From NCBI RefSeq assembly GCF_018977255.1, contig NW_024704755.1, positions 124,001 to 188,000 of the forward strand: a stretch of 64,000 bases of DNA, given 5' to 3'. This DNA is from Callorhinchus milii (Eukaryota). Under the pieces are notes generated by a model, which saw only the letters and a list, made by a program, of their open reading frames with translations, searched no databases and was not told the DNA's origin. Numbering within the stretch: the first letter of the stretch is position 1; every line of letters starts with the position of its first letter. Position numbers and translations under genes: made by a program. Positions 43,701 through 58,700 of this stretch are shown here, piece after piece.

Positions 43701-46700
43701 GCCTCCGCACCTCAGGCGCTGACAGCATTAGCTCCGCACTCTCCACCTCTCAAAGCCGGTCAGGAACCTCTTTGTTCTGTTCGACCCTGAGCTGTCCTTT
43801 CTTCCTCATATCCGCGCCACAACTGGCACCGCCTTCCATCACCTCCGGAATATCGCCAGACTACGGCACTACCTCACCCCTCACGCTGCTGAAACATTGG
43901 TCCACGCCTTTATCACCTCAAGACTGGACTATGGGAACTCTCTCCCCGCCGGCCTTCCCGGCTCCTCCCTGCACAAGCTGCAGGTCATTCAGAACTCTGC
44001 AGCTTGTGTACTGTCCCGCACCAGACTTCGCGCCCACATCACTCCCACCCTCGCTCGCCTCCACTGGCTCCCCATCCCCCAGAGGATCGAATTCAAGATC
44101 CTCATCCTCGCCTACAAGGCCATTCACGGCCTTGCTCCCTCCTACCTCTCTGACCTACTATCCCCCTACCTACCTGCCCGTACCCTCCGTGCCTGTGGCT
44201 CCGGTCTGCTCCACATCCCCAGCCCCAACCGCCCTACCATCGGTGGCCGGGCCTTCAGCCTCTCAGCCCCGAGGCTCTCGAACTCTATCCCCCAGTGCCT
44301 TCGCCGCTTCCTCCCTTTCCTCCTTCAAGGCCGGTCTCAAGACCTTTCTCTTTGAACGTGCCTTCAGCTCCCCTCTCAACTCTCTACCCCCTCCTCGCCC
44401 CTTCCCTCACCCTAACCATTTCCCCCCTCCTCGCTCCCTCCCTTCCCTCACCCTGACTATTTCCCCCCTGTTCGGGTCCTGACCCAACTGTCCAGCGCCT
44501 TGGGACGTCCTCCCGACATGAAAGGCGCTCTATAAATGGAATCTTGTTGTTGTTGCTGTTATTATAATAATAATAATAATAATCCTTGCATTTGATATAG
44601 CGCTTTTCACGTCGGGAGGACGTCCCAAAGCGTTTCACAGAACACACTGTAAAGTGAATTGACTGTATATTTGTGGGTGAACGCAGCAGCCAATTGCGCA
44701 CAGCAATGTCCCACAAACGGTAGATTGAAAATGACCAATTTATTATTTATTTATTATTATTATAAATTATTATTTATTAACAATTTATTATTGTTTTTGG
44801 TTTTGTACATGAGATCAGGCACCAATTCTGTCCAGAACTCTGTTTGTCTCACTTCTCCCCCACTATTTGCAACCCCCCTCCATAAGAATTGGTGATTGCA
44901 ATCTGTATTTAGGTTTTGGTTATTACAGGACGATTCTTCCAGTCCTTGTGATTAAAATGTCATTCTGTTGCATCCCTAGAAAATTCCATGCTTTTTTCTG
45001 GATGCTTTTGCCAGATCTTGCACGTGTTTTGGCAGTTTAACAGCAACTAATCAAACTACACCCACACCTGTTTATTAAGCATGCTTTTTTAAAAAAAAAT
45101 GCAGCATTTCTGTCTACATTACAAATTACCTCAAAGTGTTAGTATAGGAGTGTGGCAGTTTAGTGCTGCAATGTGTCAGCCTTGCTGAGTTGTCAGCACT
45201 CTCACCTCTGGCTTTGAAGGAAGTGGGTTCAAGCCCTATGTTGGGACTCTGAACTCATCATTTAAGACAAAACTGTCCGTCTACCAGGTCAGATGGATCT
45301 TAAAGCTCTTGCAACACTATTGATAAAGAGATACCCAACACTCCTACAGTCGTGTACACAAGTACACTTAAGTATTTTGCACATCCCAGTACAAATCATT
45401 GTCTGCATCAGAGATGGGAGAGATACAAATGGGTTGTCATATGTTTTGTATTTTGGTTAGACCTGTGACAGGAGCCGTGCCTGGTAAAGAGGAAAACAAA
45501 ACACAGAGGCTTAAAGAATGTGTTTAATGCTTGCTTTTCAGACCTGACACTTATACAGCTCCCTATTATGAACAAGAAGTTGATCGTTACTGGCGTGGAG
45601 GACAATATGAAAACTTTAGAGTCCAGTGGACAGAAGCAGACTATCATTACAGGGTGAGTACTGGTGCTTGTGTAATTGTGAAGTTCTGATTTGAAATTTT
45701 ATTTTCCTTACAGTCCTGGATGTGATTTCTGGACCATTTTGCTTGTACATTCAACGTCAGTACAGTTGATCCAAAATGACTACCAATGTCATAGTGGGAC
45801 TCAATGTGTCTGACAAATTCAACGTCCACTTCCAACAGTGGGAAACTAGGCATGCTCTTCTTACATTTTCCAATGTCCAAATACCTGTGAATACATATCA
45901 CTACACTTAACAATAATTATTGTGAAGGACTTTGAGACATTTCAATGTGACAGTTGCTATATTAGATGCAAGAGTTATTATATATCATTTATAACAGATA
46001 TGTGGACTCTGGCTGGGATGTGGAACAGGAAACAGACCGAAGCTGGTTTAGAATAGCTTCCAGAGGCCAGATTCAGAGCAGCATTGGGAGGCCAGCATTG
46101 GCAACACAACAGCCTTACAAAGAATAGACTTCTGTTTTCTTTCTCTCCATCAGGAAAGAGAGAGGGAAAGGGAACGAGAAAGAGAAAGAGACAGACACAG
46201 AGAGCAACGTGAGAGAGAACGCGAGAGAGAACGAGGAAACCGGATACGTGAGAGAGAAAGGGATCGAGAACGTGAACGTGACAAAGAACGCCAGAGGAGA
46301 AAAGAAGAATGGGAACGTGAGCGTGCAAAACGGGAAGAGAAGGATCGAGCCCATCGAGAACGAGAGAAGGAGAAACCAAAGCAGAGATCCCCACCTCCTG
46401 CAACAAGGTACACTTCAGCTCCAGTGGGCTCTTCTCACAACATTAGCATCGGTATAGGTGTGTACACATTCAAGACTTTATTTGTAACGAGTGACTAGAA
46501 AAACTGGGTCTGTTTTAATTAGAACAGAGAAGGTTGAGAGGAGACCTGATATAGGTGATGAAAATCAAGATGGGTTTTGATAAGGTAAATAGAGAATAAG
46601 ATAATTTTTTGAAAAGAATGTAAAAAAAGAAAAGGGTATAGAAAAGAGCAGGGGAGTTGGACCAAACAGATTGCTCTTGTAATCCTCCTCAAAAGATGAC

Positions 46701-49700
46701 GAGGAAAGGACTAGGACAAATCCTAGGACAGGATTTGTTCTAACCTATTGAATGGATTAAAATATTCTTTTAAAATTATTTGTCTGCAGATTTTGGCTAT
46801 GAATACTTTGAGAGTTCCTCTAATGTTATAATTGGTGTATAAACTGTCTGCTGTGTTAGTACTGAACTAGTTGACAGGATTAGTTGAGGTACTGATGAGC
46901 CATGATCTAATTGAATTTACAAATGTAATCTTGTTGTTGTTGAATGGCGGAACAGGCTTGAAGGCTGAATAGCCTATTCCTGTTCCTATTTTCTGAGAAT
47001 GGGAATGTATCAAGCTTGATGCGCTGCTCTATATGACAGATACAGGTTGCATTTATATAGGTTAATATCTCAGAGGGCTTCACAAAGACTTGGTCAGACC
47101 TCGAGAAAAGGAAAATTGAAAGGTGAGTGTAAGGGCAGTCAAAGTGGTAGGTTTACAGGTGGGATTTAAAGACTGATGAGGGTGAGATGGAGGGTAGATG
47201 TCTGGGGTTAGAGGTGTAGTTGCTGAAGTTTTGGCCAGTAATGGTAGCACAGAGAGTACTCCCGTAGGACTGTAGCTGAGTGGAGAGGGTGAGAAGAGGA
47301 ATGGGGTAGGAGAAGGAAGGTGCTGGGGTGTGAAGGGATTTGTAAAATGCAAACATTTTATTTTCAAGGCAAGTGTCTTTCATAAGATTAAGATGACAAA
47401 CTAAGTGAAGTATTGTAGGTGGTACCTGAGCAACATCTTCTACCGTACAAGTGTTAGTGCTCAGTTAGTAGCACAATCACCTCTGAATTAGAAAGTCCTG
47501 GGTTCAAGTCCATCAGCAATGCTTGAGCTCGTAATTTAGAATATCAGATCAAGGATGCTGCATAAAATTGGAGCTGTTGTCCTTTGGATGAGATGCTACA
47601 CTAAGTTTTCTCTGCCAGTTTTGGTGGTTCAAGTGGGCATTAGGTTTCTATGGCATTATCGAAAAAGCATTAAATGCAAATAATAATTTGTCTCCCCCCC
47701 CCCCCCCACCTCTGCTGCCCGCCGCATCTCCCCCCCCACCTCTGCTGCCCGCCGCGTCTCTCCCCCCCCCGCCCCACCTTGCTCAGCTGCCCTATTTAGC
47801 ATTTTTCCAGGCACAAAGCCCCAGGCAAAATGGCTTCAGTAGCCCTTGATCTATTTCCTGTTCTGCACTTTGTATAGCTTTGCCATTGAACACACACTTC
47901 CTCTATTCCCACACTAATTATTTTACACCTGGCATTGAACTGTAATGCCACCTATCAGCTCACCTAACAAAAGATTCAGAACTTTGGAATTGAATTGCAT
48001 TCGCCCTCATTTATGGCTGTTATTACTGTTTATCAGACGATTACGTTCCCATTGTGGGTAAAAATCTTTGTAAAACTGTCTGTGGTGTTGCTATTATGGA
48101 GTTTTTGTCTTCTTGTGGTGTGATGTAATTGACCTGATTTCTATTCCTGTCTCTGCTTCTGCAGCCAAATTGTGTCCGGATTGTTTCAGGTGTATGCCAA
48201 ATCTGCTTTTATTATTAGCAGCACACAATGCACATCAGGAAACACCTTATACTATCAGAGCGTTACCTTTGTAACATGAGGACAAGCAGGAACCAACATG
48301 AAATTTGGAAATTAACTTTTAGGGGTATTAGAGAGAGAGAGAGAGAGTGTGTGTGTGTGTGCTGAAGTGGTTATGAAATCTCACATTTTCCTCTGCCCTT
48401 TATTTGAACAGCCATTACTTAAGTGACTGCGCAACACTCAGACTATTGAATTTCTATTCAATAAAGTCAAATTGGGCTACAGTGTTGTTGTATCACATTA
48501 TTGGCCTCCTGTTGTATACTGATTATAAATTGTATAAATTGGAACACAGGTAGCCACTTGGAGGAAGTGCTCATATGTTAACATTAAGCACAGCAACTGT
48601 CAGTCAGTTGCAGCTGTCCTCCCATTCATTAGTTGTCGGCCTGGCTCTGTTGGCAGCACTCTTACCTTTCATAGTTGTAGGTCAGAAGGTTGTAGATGCA
48701 TGCCCCCTTTCGTGATTTGAACTCATATTCTGGACCAAGGTGGTCCAGCTGGCGGCTCATGGGGCCGCATCTGGCAAGTGGGCCAATTTCACCCGCCCCC
48801 TCCCTCCATTTCATCAGGCCTGCCCGCTCCATCCAAAACCCATAAATGTTTTGTTTCTGGGAAACAACAACAACAAGATTGCATTTATAGAGCGCCTTTC
48901 ACGTCGGGAGGACGTCCCAAGGCGCTGGACAGTTGGGTCGGGACCCGAGCAGGGGGAACTGGTCAGGGTGAGGGGAGGGAAGGGGGGGAGCGAGGAGAGG
49001 GTAGAGAGTCGAGAGGGGAGGTGAAGGCACGGTTGAAGAGAAACACAAAAATATTGCTGCTGCGGCCCGCGGACGTTTCTCGAATAAGTTATCTGGCCCT
49101 CAATAGCCAAAGGATTGGATCCCCCCCCCACCCTGATCCAGACCGATGCTTCAATATGCTGCTTCAGTGCATTGCTAGAGAGTTGTCATCCTTTGGATGA
49201 GCCATTAAATTGAGATTCTGCTGCCTCTTTTTAAGATCCTGTGGTATCTCTTGAAAAGAGAAGGGAGTTTCTCCCCATGTCCTAACCAACAGTCTCCCAA
49301 AAAAATTGGTCTCTCGCTTTGTGGTTGTTTCTGGGACATTACAGTGTGCAAATCGGCTGCTGTGTTCGCCTATAAAATATAATCACTGCATTTTACAGTA
49401 AATCTTGTAAAGCGCTTTCAGATGTCCTCCTGACATGAAAGGGTCGATATCAAATTCAAGGATTATTATTATTGTCACTCTTCCAGTTGAGTTGTCTTTT
49501 ACACATGCCTCTGTTTTAGCTTTAATCCTTAATTTGTGGCTCATACAAGACTCATTGCAGTCTTTGCTCTGTTTGATGAAGTCCACCATTTCCGTCGGTC
49601 GGTCGGTCAGCAAAACCACCTTATTACACTGTGCTTTCCAACACTACAAAGCCTCTGCTTTTTGTCTCTCTTAGGCTTTATCTGTCAGTAATGGTGATAG

Positions 49701-52700
49701 AACGTGTGCCATGTCCGTGATCTCTGTGAAAGAGAATGTTTGTTTGCTCATCCAGGTGTCTTGACACGTGCAGAAATCCATCACCATACTTAAGAGTATC
49801 CAAACCAGACTGACAGTTCCATGCATGCCATGTACACGTGGAAATTCCCATGTCAAGAATGGAAAGTGTGCTCTCTCCTTGGAGGGTCACACCTTGCTTA
49901 CCTAATTCCCGTGAGCAATAGACAGTTTGTCAAGAGCCAGGACTTGGAGACCCCAGAGTACGCACTGGAGTATTGCTGAAGTTTAACCAGCTAAACCTAC
50001 ATAGCTTGTATCCCTGCCCACGGGGAGAAGAGAAATTGATTAAGATCAAGAATGAATATCTTTCACAGATTCCTCTCAGTTTTTAAATGTGTGTAAATGT
50101 AAATTATAAATCTGGTTTTGTTGCTTAATGTGTGAAAATTGCCTATTATAGTACTTGTATAATAGCAATGTTTATGTTTGGATGAAGCCAATAGTGAAAC
50201 TAATATGGTGACGATCCCACAGAACTATAAATAGAGCAGCTATTTTTAACTCTGATGTAATTATAGAGAAAAGCTACAAATAAAGCGGAAAGAAAGCCGG
50301 CTTTGTTTCCTTTGGTATGCGATCAGCTGTTTAGATTAGGGCAGTGGAGAGTTACAGCATGAAAGCTGAGAAGCTGGTCTATCCAAGTTCTGGGGTGTAA
50401 ATCACACCATTAAACCTTACCTCAGAACTGCATAATACATGAATCTCAGAATACAGTTGTTAACTGAAATAAGTCACTTAGTTCAGGTCAGCAGGGACAC
50501 AATATGCCAAATAGTTGCCTTCATGTGCTGTCAATCTCTTATCTCACTGGCAGCTTTACTTATTGGGCCAGACCAGACACTTGCAGTACATTACCACAGT
50601 AAGCTGACACACTCATGCCCTTTCCAAGTTTGCCCTTTTGTCCCCTTTGGTTGACCTGTCTGATAAAATGTAATTGTTCAGAAAATGTACACCTGATCGA
50701 ACAGCGCATACATGTGGTATCGTTAAGAATAACTTGATGCGCACTAGAAAACTCTAGGAAATAGTCAGTATGTAAATGGTTAGACAGCATATATTAATGA
50801 ATTGGAGTGATTGTGGAACATAAATCACAATTGTTTTTGTGTGTGATTGTGCAGGGAGAGGATTGAATGACTGAGTGTGGTTGGAGCAGAGGTTCCTGGG
50901 TTATTGTCTTTATAAATGTTCTCGATCCTCACACTTCTGCCAGGCTTGTCCCATGATGTCATCCAATGATTTTGAAACAACAGCAAGAAAAATTACATTT
51001 GTATAGTGCCTTTCACGTCGGGAGGACGTCCCAAGACGCTGGACAGACAGAGTTACGGACCCTAGCTGAGGGGCAGGATGGGGAGTGGGGAGAGCAGGGG
51101 GGGAAGCAGGGGGATTGAAAGCACAGTCAAAGAGGAGGGTCTTGAGGTGGGTCTTGAAGGTGGCGAGGGAGGGTTGAGACAGAGGGACTGCAGGATGGAG
51201 TTCCAGAGGGTGGGTGCAGAGTTGTGGAAGGCCCGCCCACTGATAGTAGGGCGAGCAAGGCGGGGTATGTGAAGCAGACCCGAGCCTGCTGAGCGGAGAG
51301 AGCGAACAGAGTGATAGGGGGTTAGGAGGTTGGAGAGGTAGGGGGAAGCAAGACCGTAGGGGGCTTTGGAAGTGAGGACCAGGATCTTGAACTGTATCCT
51401 CTGTGTGATGGGAAGCCAGTGGATTCAGGTGAGGATGGGGGTGATAGGGTCACGGAGCCTGGTGCGGGAGAGGACACGGGCTGCAGAGTTCTGGATGATC
51501 TGCCGCCTGTGGAGGGAGGAGTTGGGGAGGCCAACAAGCAATGAGTTTGCATAGTCAAGCCTCGATGTAATGAAGGCGTGTATGAGAGTTTCAGCGGCCT
51601 TCGGTATCGGAGCCTGGCGACGTTGCGGAGGTGAGGGAAAGAGAAGTAAAGGGTGTCGGTAACTTGTGTACAAGTTTTTTTGATCTGTGATGGCGACACT
51701 TGCTGAACCTATAGCTTTGGTTCATCTCTTCCTAGTGTAGAGGATGAGCCAGTTCCAACCATTTGTACATCACTTGAAATGAAGTGGTTAGATTTTAGCT
51801 AATGTGAGCCATAGTCAATATTTTTATAGCTTTAAGTTTTTCTATCATGTTAAACTGCCTTTCTGATTAAATTGGCATTTAATGTCTTTCAACTTTATTG
51901 CTCTGCATGCAGTAATAGTAATAATCCTTACATTAATATAGCACATTTCATGTCAGTATGGTGTCTCAGAGAGCTTTGTGGGATTTACTATAAAGTGTAG
52001 CAACTGTGTATTTTGTAGGTGAACTGGAATTTTGAGCAATGTGGGGCACAGAGTACGGTGGGAGAATATAATTCCTCAAGATACAGAATAGCAACAATTT
52101 CAAAGGATTATGCAGGTTCAACAACAACAAATTGCATTTATATAGCCACTTCCTTTCACATCAGGAGGATGTCGCAATGTGCTAGATAGTCAAAAGGTTT
52201 GCACCCGACATGGGGGTTAGGTTCACTTCTCAGCCTTTTGGCTAAGATCAAGTGTAGTAAATTTGTGTGTAGCAGTTGGGGCTAAGTGAGATAGGAAGAT
52301 GACCGAAGGTACAGTCAAAGAGGTAGGTCTTGAGACAGACCTTGAAAGAGGCAAGGGAAGGGGCAAGGCAAAGGGACTTTGGGATGGAGTTCCAGAGAGT
52401 AGGGACAGAAAGGCTGAATGCCCGGCCGCCGATGTAGAAGTGAGGACGTAAAGCAAGCCAGTGCCTGCCAAGCGGAGAGAGCAGGCAAGTTGCAAAGGCG
52501 TTTAAGAAGGTTGCAGAGAGAGGGTGGGGCAAGACCGCAGAGGGCTTTAAAAGTGAGGACGATGAAGAATCCAATCCCCTGAGCAATCTAGTTGCTGAGA
52601 ATTGAATAAAGTTTAGATTATAGAATGACCCAGCCTGAGGTTGGTTTTGCACACTGGGTTGGTTTAGGGTGTAACCTGCCTGTTATGAAGTTAGATGGCA

Positions 52701-55700
52701 CACTGGTTTGGTATATGGTGTAACTTGCCTGTTATTAGGTTGGATGGCACACTGGGATGGTATAGAGTGTAACCTGCCTGTTATTAGGTTGGATGGAACA
52801 TTGGGTTGGTATATGGTGTAACTTGACTGTTATTAGATTGGATGGCAGACTGGGATGGTGTAGAGTGTAACCTGCCAGTCAGATGCTCTTTGTTTTCTTT
52901 ATGTTTGTTTATTTGAAGCATGGTAATTTATTACTTAATGAGTTCACTGCAAAAGGGACCTGCGTCACAGCTCAATATTTGTGAATGGGAAATAGAGGAA
53001 CAAAACAAAGTCAATGACACATTTTGTGCACGGCATTTGAGACCAGAAAAGGAACTTGGAAATGAGGCTTGAAATGAAGTAATTTCTTATCCCTTTGTTA
53101 TACAGGGCGGGGAGTTTCATCAAAGGAAAAAAAATGTCAGGTTTCTCTTCCAGTCTTCTTTCCACCCGCCTGGGAAAAATGTATCATTTTGACATTGGCT
53201 TTTCAGGAATCATCAAAGTCAAATGCACAAGGCTTCAGTTGTTATTTGTAGAGCCAACAGCCACCAGCGGGACTGTCTTCACATTGCTGTTCTCCACACA
53301 GTTTCCCAGAGACCAGGTGCGAGTTTCAATAGATGTACAGTTGGTCCATGGTTGTCGCTGATCCTCTTGAAGCCTTCACAAAAGTGAAGTCTATGGCACC
53401 ACAATATAGGCTGGGATATAAAGGAGATGGGATGCACGTACCCTGTCTCCTATTAAAAAGATAAACTTTAGGCTTTTTCATGCTCACCCCGCTCGATACT
53501 CCGTTTGTGATGGCATCAGGGCAAGTAAGAAGTCAGATCATTACTGAGTGGCTCGCAGTTGTGATGTGGGAAGAGTAAATGAGAGGAATTTTAGTGCCTA
53601 TTTGTCGTGATGACTACAGCCATCAACTGATGAAAGCCTTTGTCCTGTAGTCAAGAACACTGTTACTATGCAGTGTATCTTGTGAAGTGTTTTAGGACAA
53701 TTTCATATCTTCAAATACTACAAATATGAGCAGCTGATACACAATGAGAGAAAAGGAACCAAGTAGATGCTCACTCTGATTTTAATCCAAGGTGGTGTAC
53801 CAAAGGCAAGGAGTATTATTATTATTTATTTGCATCAGTGAAAGAATAGTTGTGTAGTGACACCTCGGGTGCAGGGGTCATGTTTAGCAGCAAGTAACTA
53901 CATCATGGATTGGACTTTTTACATACTCAAAACAACCTGTAAAATACACTTTAGGAATTCCAAACCAACAACTGCTTTCACAATGGCTAAACAAGCGTAC
54001 TTTTTATCAATGCATTACACACCCGGTGATGCAAGGTATAAAGAGAAATAATGGCACTTCCTGGTATCACTGAAGAAAATATGTTGCATCATTGTGTGTG
54101 TGGTCAGATATTCTAACACTGGGGAAGTATGTTTATGCCTCACTGCTAATGAAGTAAAGTCTTTATCTTTTATTTTTTAAGGCTCTTAGCTATAAGGCAA
54201 TGCTTCGAACTGCTCAGTGCGCTGTGTGGAGTCCTGTAGCTCAGTGGTTAGAGCACTCTCACCTCGCAAGTGAGAAATCTGCGTTTGATTCCCAACAAGG
54301 TGAAACACTGGGCAAGTTTTCTTACTCCACACGCCTCTGTTTACCTAGCAGTAAGTAGGAGCCTGGTTGTTAGTCGATTGGTGGATCGCTTTTCCAGGGG
54401 TAATGGTTGCTTCAAATTTTTTTTAAAAATACTAATAAATAAATAAATGGTCACTCAATCCACGACTGTTTGTGCAACACTGCTGTGAGCAATTGACTAC
54501 CGGATTTCTCCCACAAAATATGCAGTTAATTCACTTTACAGTATATTCCGTGAAGTGCTTTGAGACGTCTCGAAGACGTGATAAGGCACTATATAAAATG
54601 CAAGGATTATTACTATTATAAACTGCTCACTGCTCTACTATAAAGAACTTTATTTTGATCTATCCCAAGGCTTGTTTGCCTGTTTTCTTGAGTACTCTGG
54701 ATTAAACTCAGAGTGAGTATTTAATTGGTTCCATTTCTCCCATTGGGTATCAATGGCTCAGATTCGTAGGATTTGAAGAAGATACAAAGTCTGTTTTTCC
54801 CAGAATGTAAATAACTACCTCAGCCAGAATGACTTGTTCCCAAGCCACTTTTCTGAGGTAGTCACCTCTGATTCTTCTTTACTGTTAGCGTTTGCTTGAA
54901 AACTGAACTTGAATGTAACTATTTTGTTGGTGGACAAATCTCCTTGTAAAGCCATTGCATCAATACAAAATAAAATACAACATTTGTATAGCTCCTTTCA
55001 CATCGGGAGGATGTCCCAAGGCGCTGGAATCAACTAATTGACTGCACATATATAATCCTTTTAGACTCCGGATTGTGTTTCTCTGTCTTCTGCATGAAAA
55101 TGAAGACGAGGACCTCAGAAGGTCCCAAAAGCATGCTTTGATAGGTACAAGGTTTATGCGGGGGGTTCCCTTCAAATATGTTTTGTACATATGGAATTAG
55201 TCACAAGAGGTTTGGGGGTTTATTTTCATGCCATAGGTTACCACATGTAGAATACTATGGAAAACTTATCCCATTTCAGCAACATTCTTGTTAGCCAGTG
55301 ATCGGTCGGTCGGTCTTTCTTGTTTGTGCTCCTGAGCTGTGTGTTGAAACACTGGTAAACCATAATCAGTTTGTTTGCTGGGAGACTTGTGATCGGACTG
55401 TTCATACCTGGGCTTACTGATTGTTCAGTGCCTTAGAACGTCCTGATGTGAAAGGCACTATACAAATGTAAGGTGGTTGTTGTTGTTTATTTAATTGGCT
55501 TTCTGTATTCTATATAATTCAGCACAGCATACCATGAGAGCGCGTGGAAGTGCATGTGGTCAATGGGAGAGGCATTTGTGTTTGGTGTGTAAGAATTCCA
55601 TGACAAAAGTGTATAATTAATAATTCTTTGATATAGGCGGGGGCTTGTTTGCTCCATGTCCCCACCCTGCCCACTCCAGCATCAGCAGTCGGACCTTCAG

Positions 55701-58700
55701 CCTTTCTCCTCCACGCTCTGGAGCTCCATCCCAGAGCCCCTCCAGCTTGCCGCTCCCTTGCCTCCTTCAAGGCCCTTTCTCTTTAATGTTCCTTTGGACA
55801 TGCTCCCACCCCTTTGCCCTTCACCCCTCTTGATTCCAACCCCCAGCTCGGATGAAAATCCTTCACTGTCCAGTGACATTGGATGTCCTCCCGACATGAA
55901 AGGCATCATATAAATGCAATTTGTTGTTGTTGCCTTGTTGAAATGCTTCAGAGTCTCAAAGCGCTTCAAGAGATTTTCTGTAAAGTGAAATTACTATTTG
56001 TAAATGAACGCAGCAGCCAATTTACCCACAGTGATGTCCTACAAATATCCATGAAATAAATAACTGCGTGAATAGCAATAGTCTGGTGGAGACTTGTTCA
56101 AATCAAAATAGTTTGGATTGAACAGGTTTGAAAACTGGAAAACGTTATTTGGACAAACTGGTATTGCTTAAAACTGGATCAGTCAGCATTGTTCTTTCTC
56201 ACTCGTAGTGCCAGCGTTCCAGTGTCAGTGCAGTGGGGAGGGGAGAAGACTTTGCTGATGGCTTCAAGCCGGACTGTTGTGCCATCACAGTTGAAGGGGA
56301 AAGCAGGAAGGTAAGAATGTTAAATTGAACCAGTACAATTGGTGTGATGAGAGCTGGCATTGCAGAGACCAGGGCACTGGCAAGAGTAATGCATGCCACA
56401 CAAATGGCCTCTTTCTGTGCTGCAAAATATTGTGATTCTATGAGTGACATTATTCTTGTCAATAAAGGTTCTTTTGGATTTCTTGTTTTTCTGATAGATT
56501 TTCATCTTGATGTTGGCCCCCACTTACATACGATGTCCTGAAGCTCTGCGCTGTCAGGCTTCTTGTGTGCAATCCAACTAACATTACACTGAGAGCCCCA
56601 AATTCCATAAAACCTTCCCCTTACTTACTCATAAACTGCTGTAATCAGCCCAACCACTGAACAGCCAGTGCATGCAGTGTTCTTCCAGTTACCATTGCAT
56701 ATTTTCACAGCAGACATGTCCTCACACTGTAATAGCACTGTTAGAAACTAAAATCAGCCATAATCCGTTTGCAACCAGATATCAGACTGTTTTATTATTA
56801 TTCGTTCATTATTCCCAATATCCCAATGGGTCAGACCAAAGGCCGGTACAATCAACAGATCTTATAACAGAATGACACCACTATAGATATCTCGAGTTCA
56901 ACACTGTGTCTTTACAGCACACAAGCTTGATTCTTCATGCTTTCAGTCTTCTTGCTTACAGCTTTCAATCTTCCATCTGATATCCTCAGTCTTAGTGTTT
57001 CTAACTCTCAGTCTTCCATCTCCCGTATCCTTGTCTCCGCAGCCCGGGACGGCCCCATCTCCCGTATCCTTGTCTCCGGGACGGCCCTGCTCACAAAGTT
57101 AACGGAACTCTTATACCGATGTTCGTCCAATCATGGTGTGGACATTAGATCACCTGGTCGAAATCATGCCGGGTTCACGTGAACACCTCATGGGGTGTAC
57201 GTGCCTCAGCACACATACACATTGTCCTTAAGACCCCTGTTATCTGATGCTTGTTATTTTGTTAGGTGGGATCATTAGTACATTCCTTTTAAGTGACTGG
57301 TTATTTCTTATCAGTATCCCGGGATGGTACCAAGGTCCTCTAGTTTAAGCAACTCACTCGTTAGCTGCTATTCTTGAGGGTTGCCTTTTGTTGCTCTTGA
57401 GTGTTAATCATGAGTGTCAGTCCAGTTGCCCCCCACACTTAACTTAAAAGTTAACCTGTTCGCAACATCTATTATGATTCTAGCAGTATACAAAAAGTGT
57501 ATATTCTAACAGCACTACATCATGGATGTGTTCTCACCTTTGCTGCCAATATGGTTATATAGACTCATACCTTTCAGGATTGCGTCTTTGAGCAAGTTCT
57601 GTAAAAGAACCAACGTATTAACTGCTTCAACAACTTGGAATCATTGGCTCTGTGTCAGGTAGACTGTTGCTTGGAGTCCTTTCTAATCAGTCAAAGTGCA
57701 GAGTATTTCAATTCCTGTGTGCACAAAACAGGCATATGTCTGAATGATAAAATCAACAGCATTTATAATTGCATTGTTTGAACTTAAAACTTCGGCACAA
57801 TCAAGAAATAGATGGCATGAGTCATTGATCAGAAAGATTTTGATCCTTGGCTTGTGCTTGAAGTCATTGCCCCCATCTGACTTATGGAGTCATTTAAGCT
57901 CATATAAGCTCATGATATCTTCATGTTTTCTTTGAAATTATTCAGCAATTACTGGATCAGAAATCCCAATATATAAAGTTCTGCAATGTCAGGCTCAACT
58001 CTTACCTTCTCTTGTCAAGAATACATTAGTTGCTAGGGCATGTACATCCCTGGGAATTTCTCAAATGACAACTCCACATAAGATGGACTGTCCCAAGACA
58101 GTATTTCTATACCTTTGGTTGGATTGTTCATCGGATGCTCTCCTTCAGAAATACTCAGATGTTTGATTTACCTCAACTTTTTTGTTTCTTGAGTTTCCTG
58201 TAGAGTGAAGTGATAGTCTCAGTGATAGTCTCAGCAAGCGGCATCTCTCTGGCTCGGACCATTCCCAAGATTCTTTTGGTTCCCTAAACCTGCTGTAAAT
58301 CTAGTTTTTTAAGAGTTTGTCTTTCCATTGACATGCAGTGCTACTACTTGGGAATCCTGCCAAATGAAGTCTCTCATCTTTTGTATCCCCGTCAATTACA
58401 ATCTGAATATTCTAGAATAATCACCTGGCGTTTCAGGTTTCCTAAATTACTCTAGACAAGGAGCATCTAATTACAACCACTGTAGTGATTCTGGCCGGCC
58501 TACTGGCTCCGGCCTCTTCCTTGTCCCTCAAATCCTCCACTCCACCATCGTCGGCTGTGCCTTCAGCCACTGAGCCCCGAAGCTATGGAACTCCCTCCCT
58601 TAATCCCTTCACTTTGCCCCTTCTTTCCCCTTTTCAGGTCACACCTGAAGACCTTCCTCTTCGACCGCACCTACTATCACCTTCCTCCTCCCCCGGCTCG

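Noticed and set aside
45978-46413. Antisense ORFs including an SR-rich peptide
   Set aside because: Shadow of the purine-rich ER-repeat exon of ZC3H18.
48165-48189. 25-nt cassette exon in ZC3H18 intron 8
   Set aside because: Weak donor (GTGTAT) and frameshifting length; no further support.
53607-53652. C/D snoRNA or hammerhead (GTGATGA..CTGATGA with a 9-bp inverted repeat)
   Set aside because: C-to-D spacing is too short, and there is no GAAA core after a stem II.
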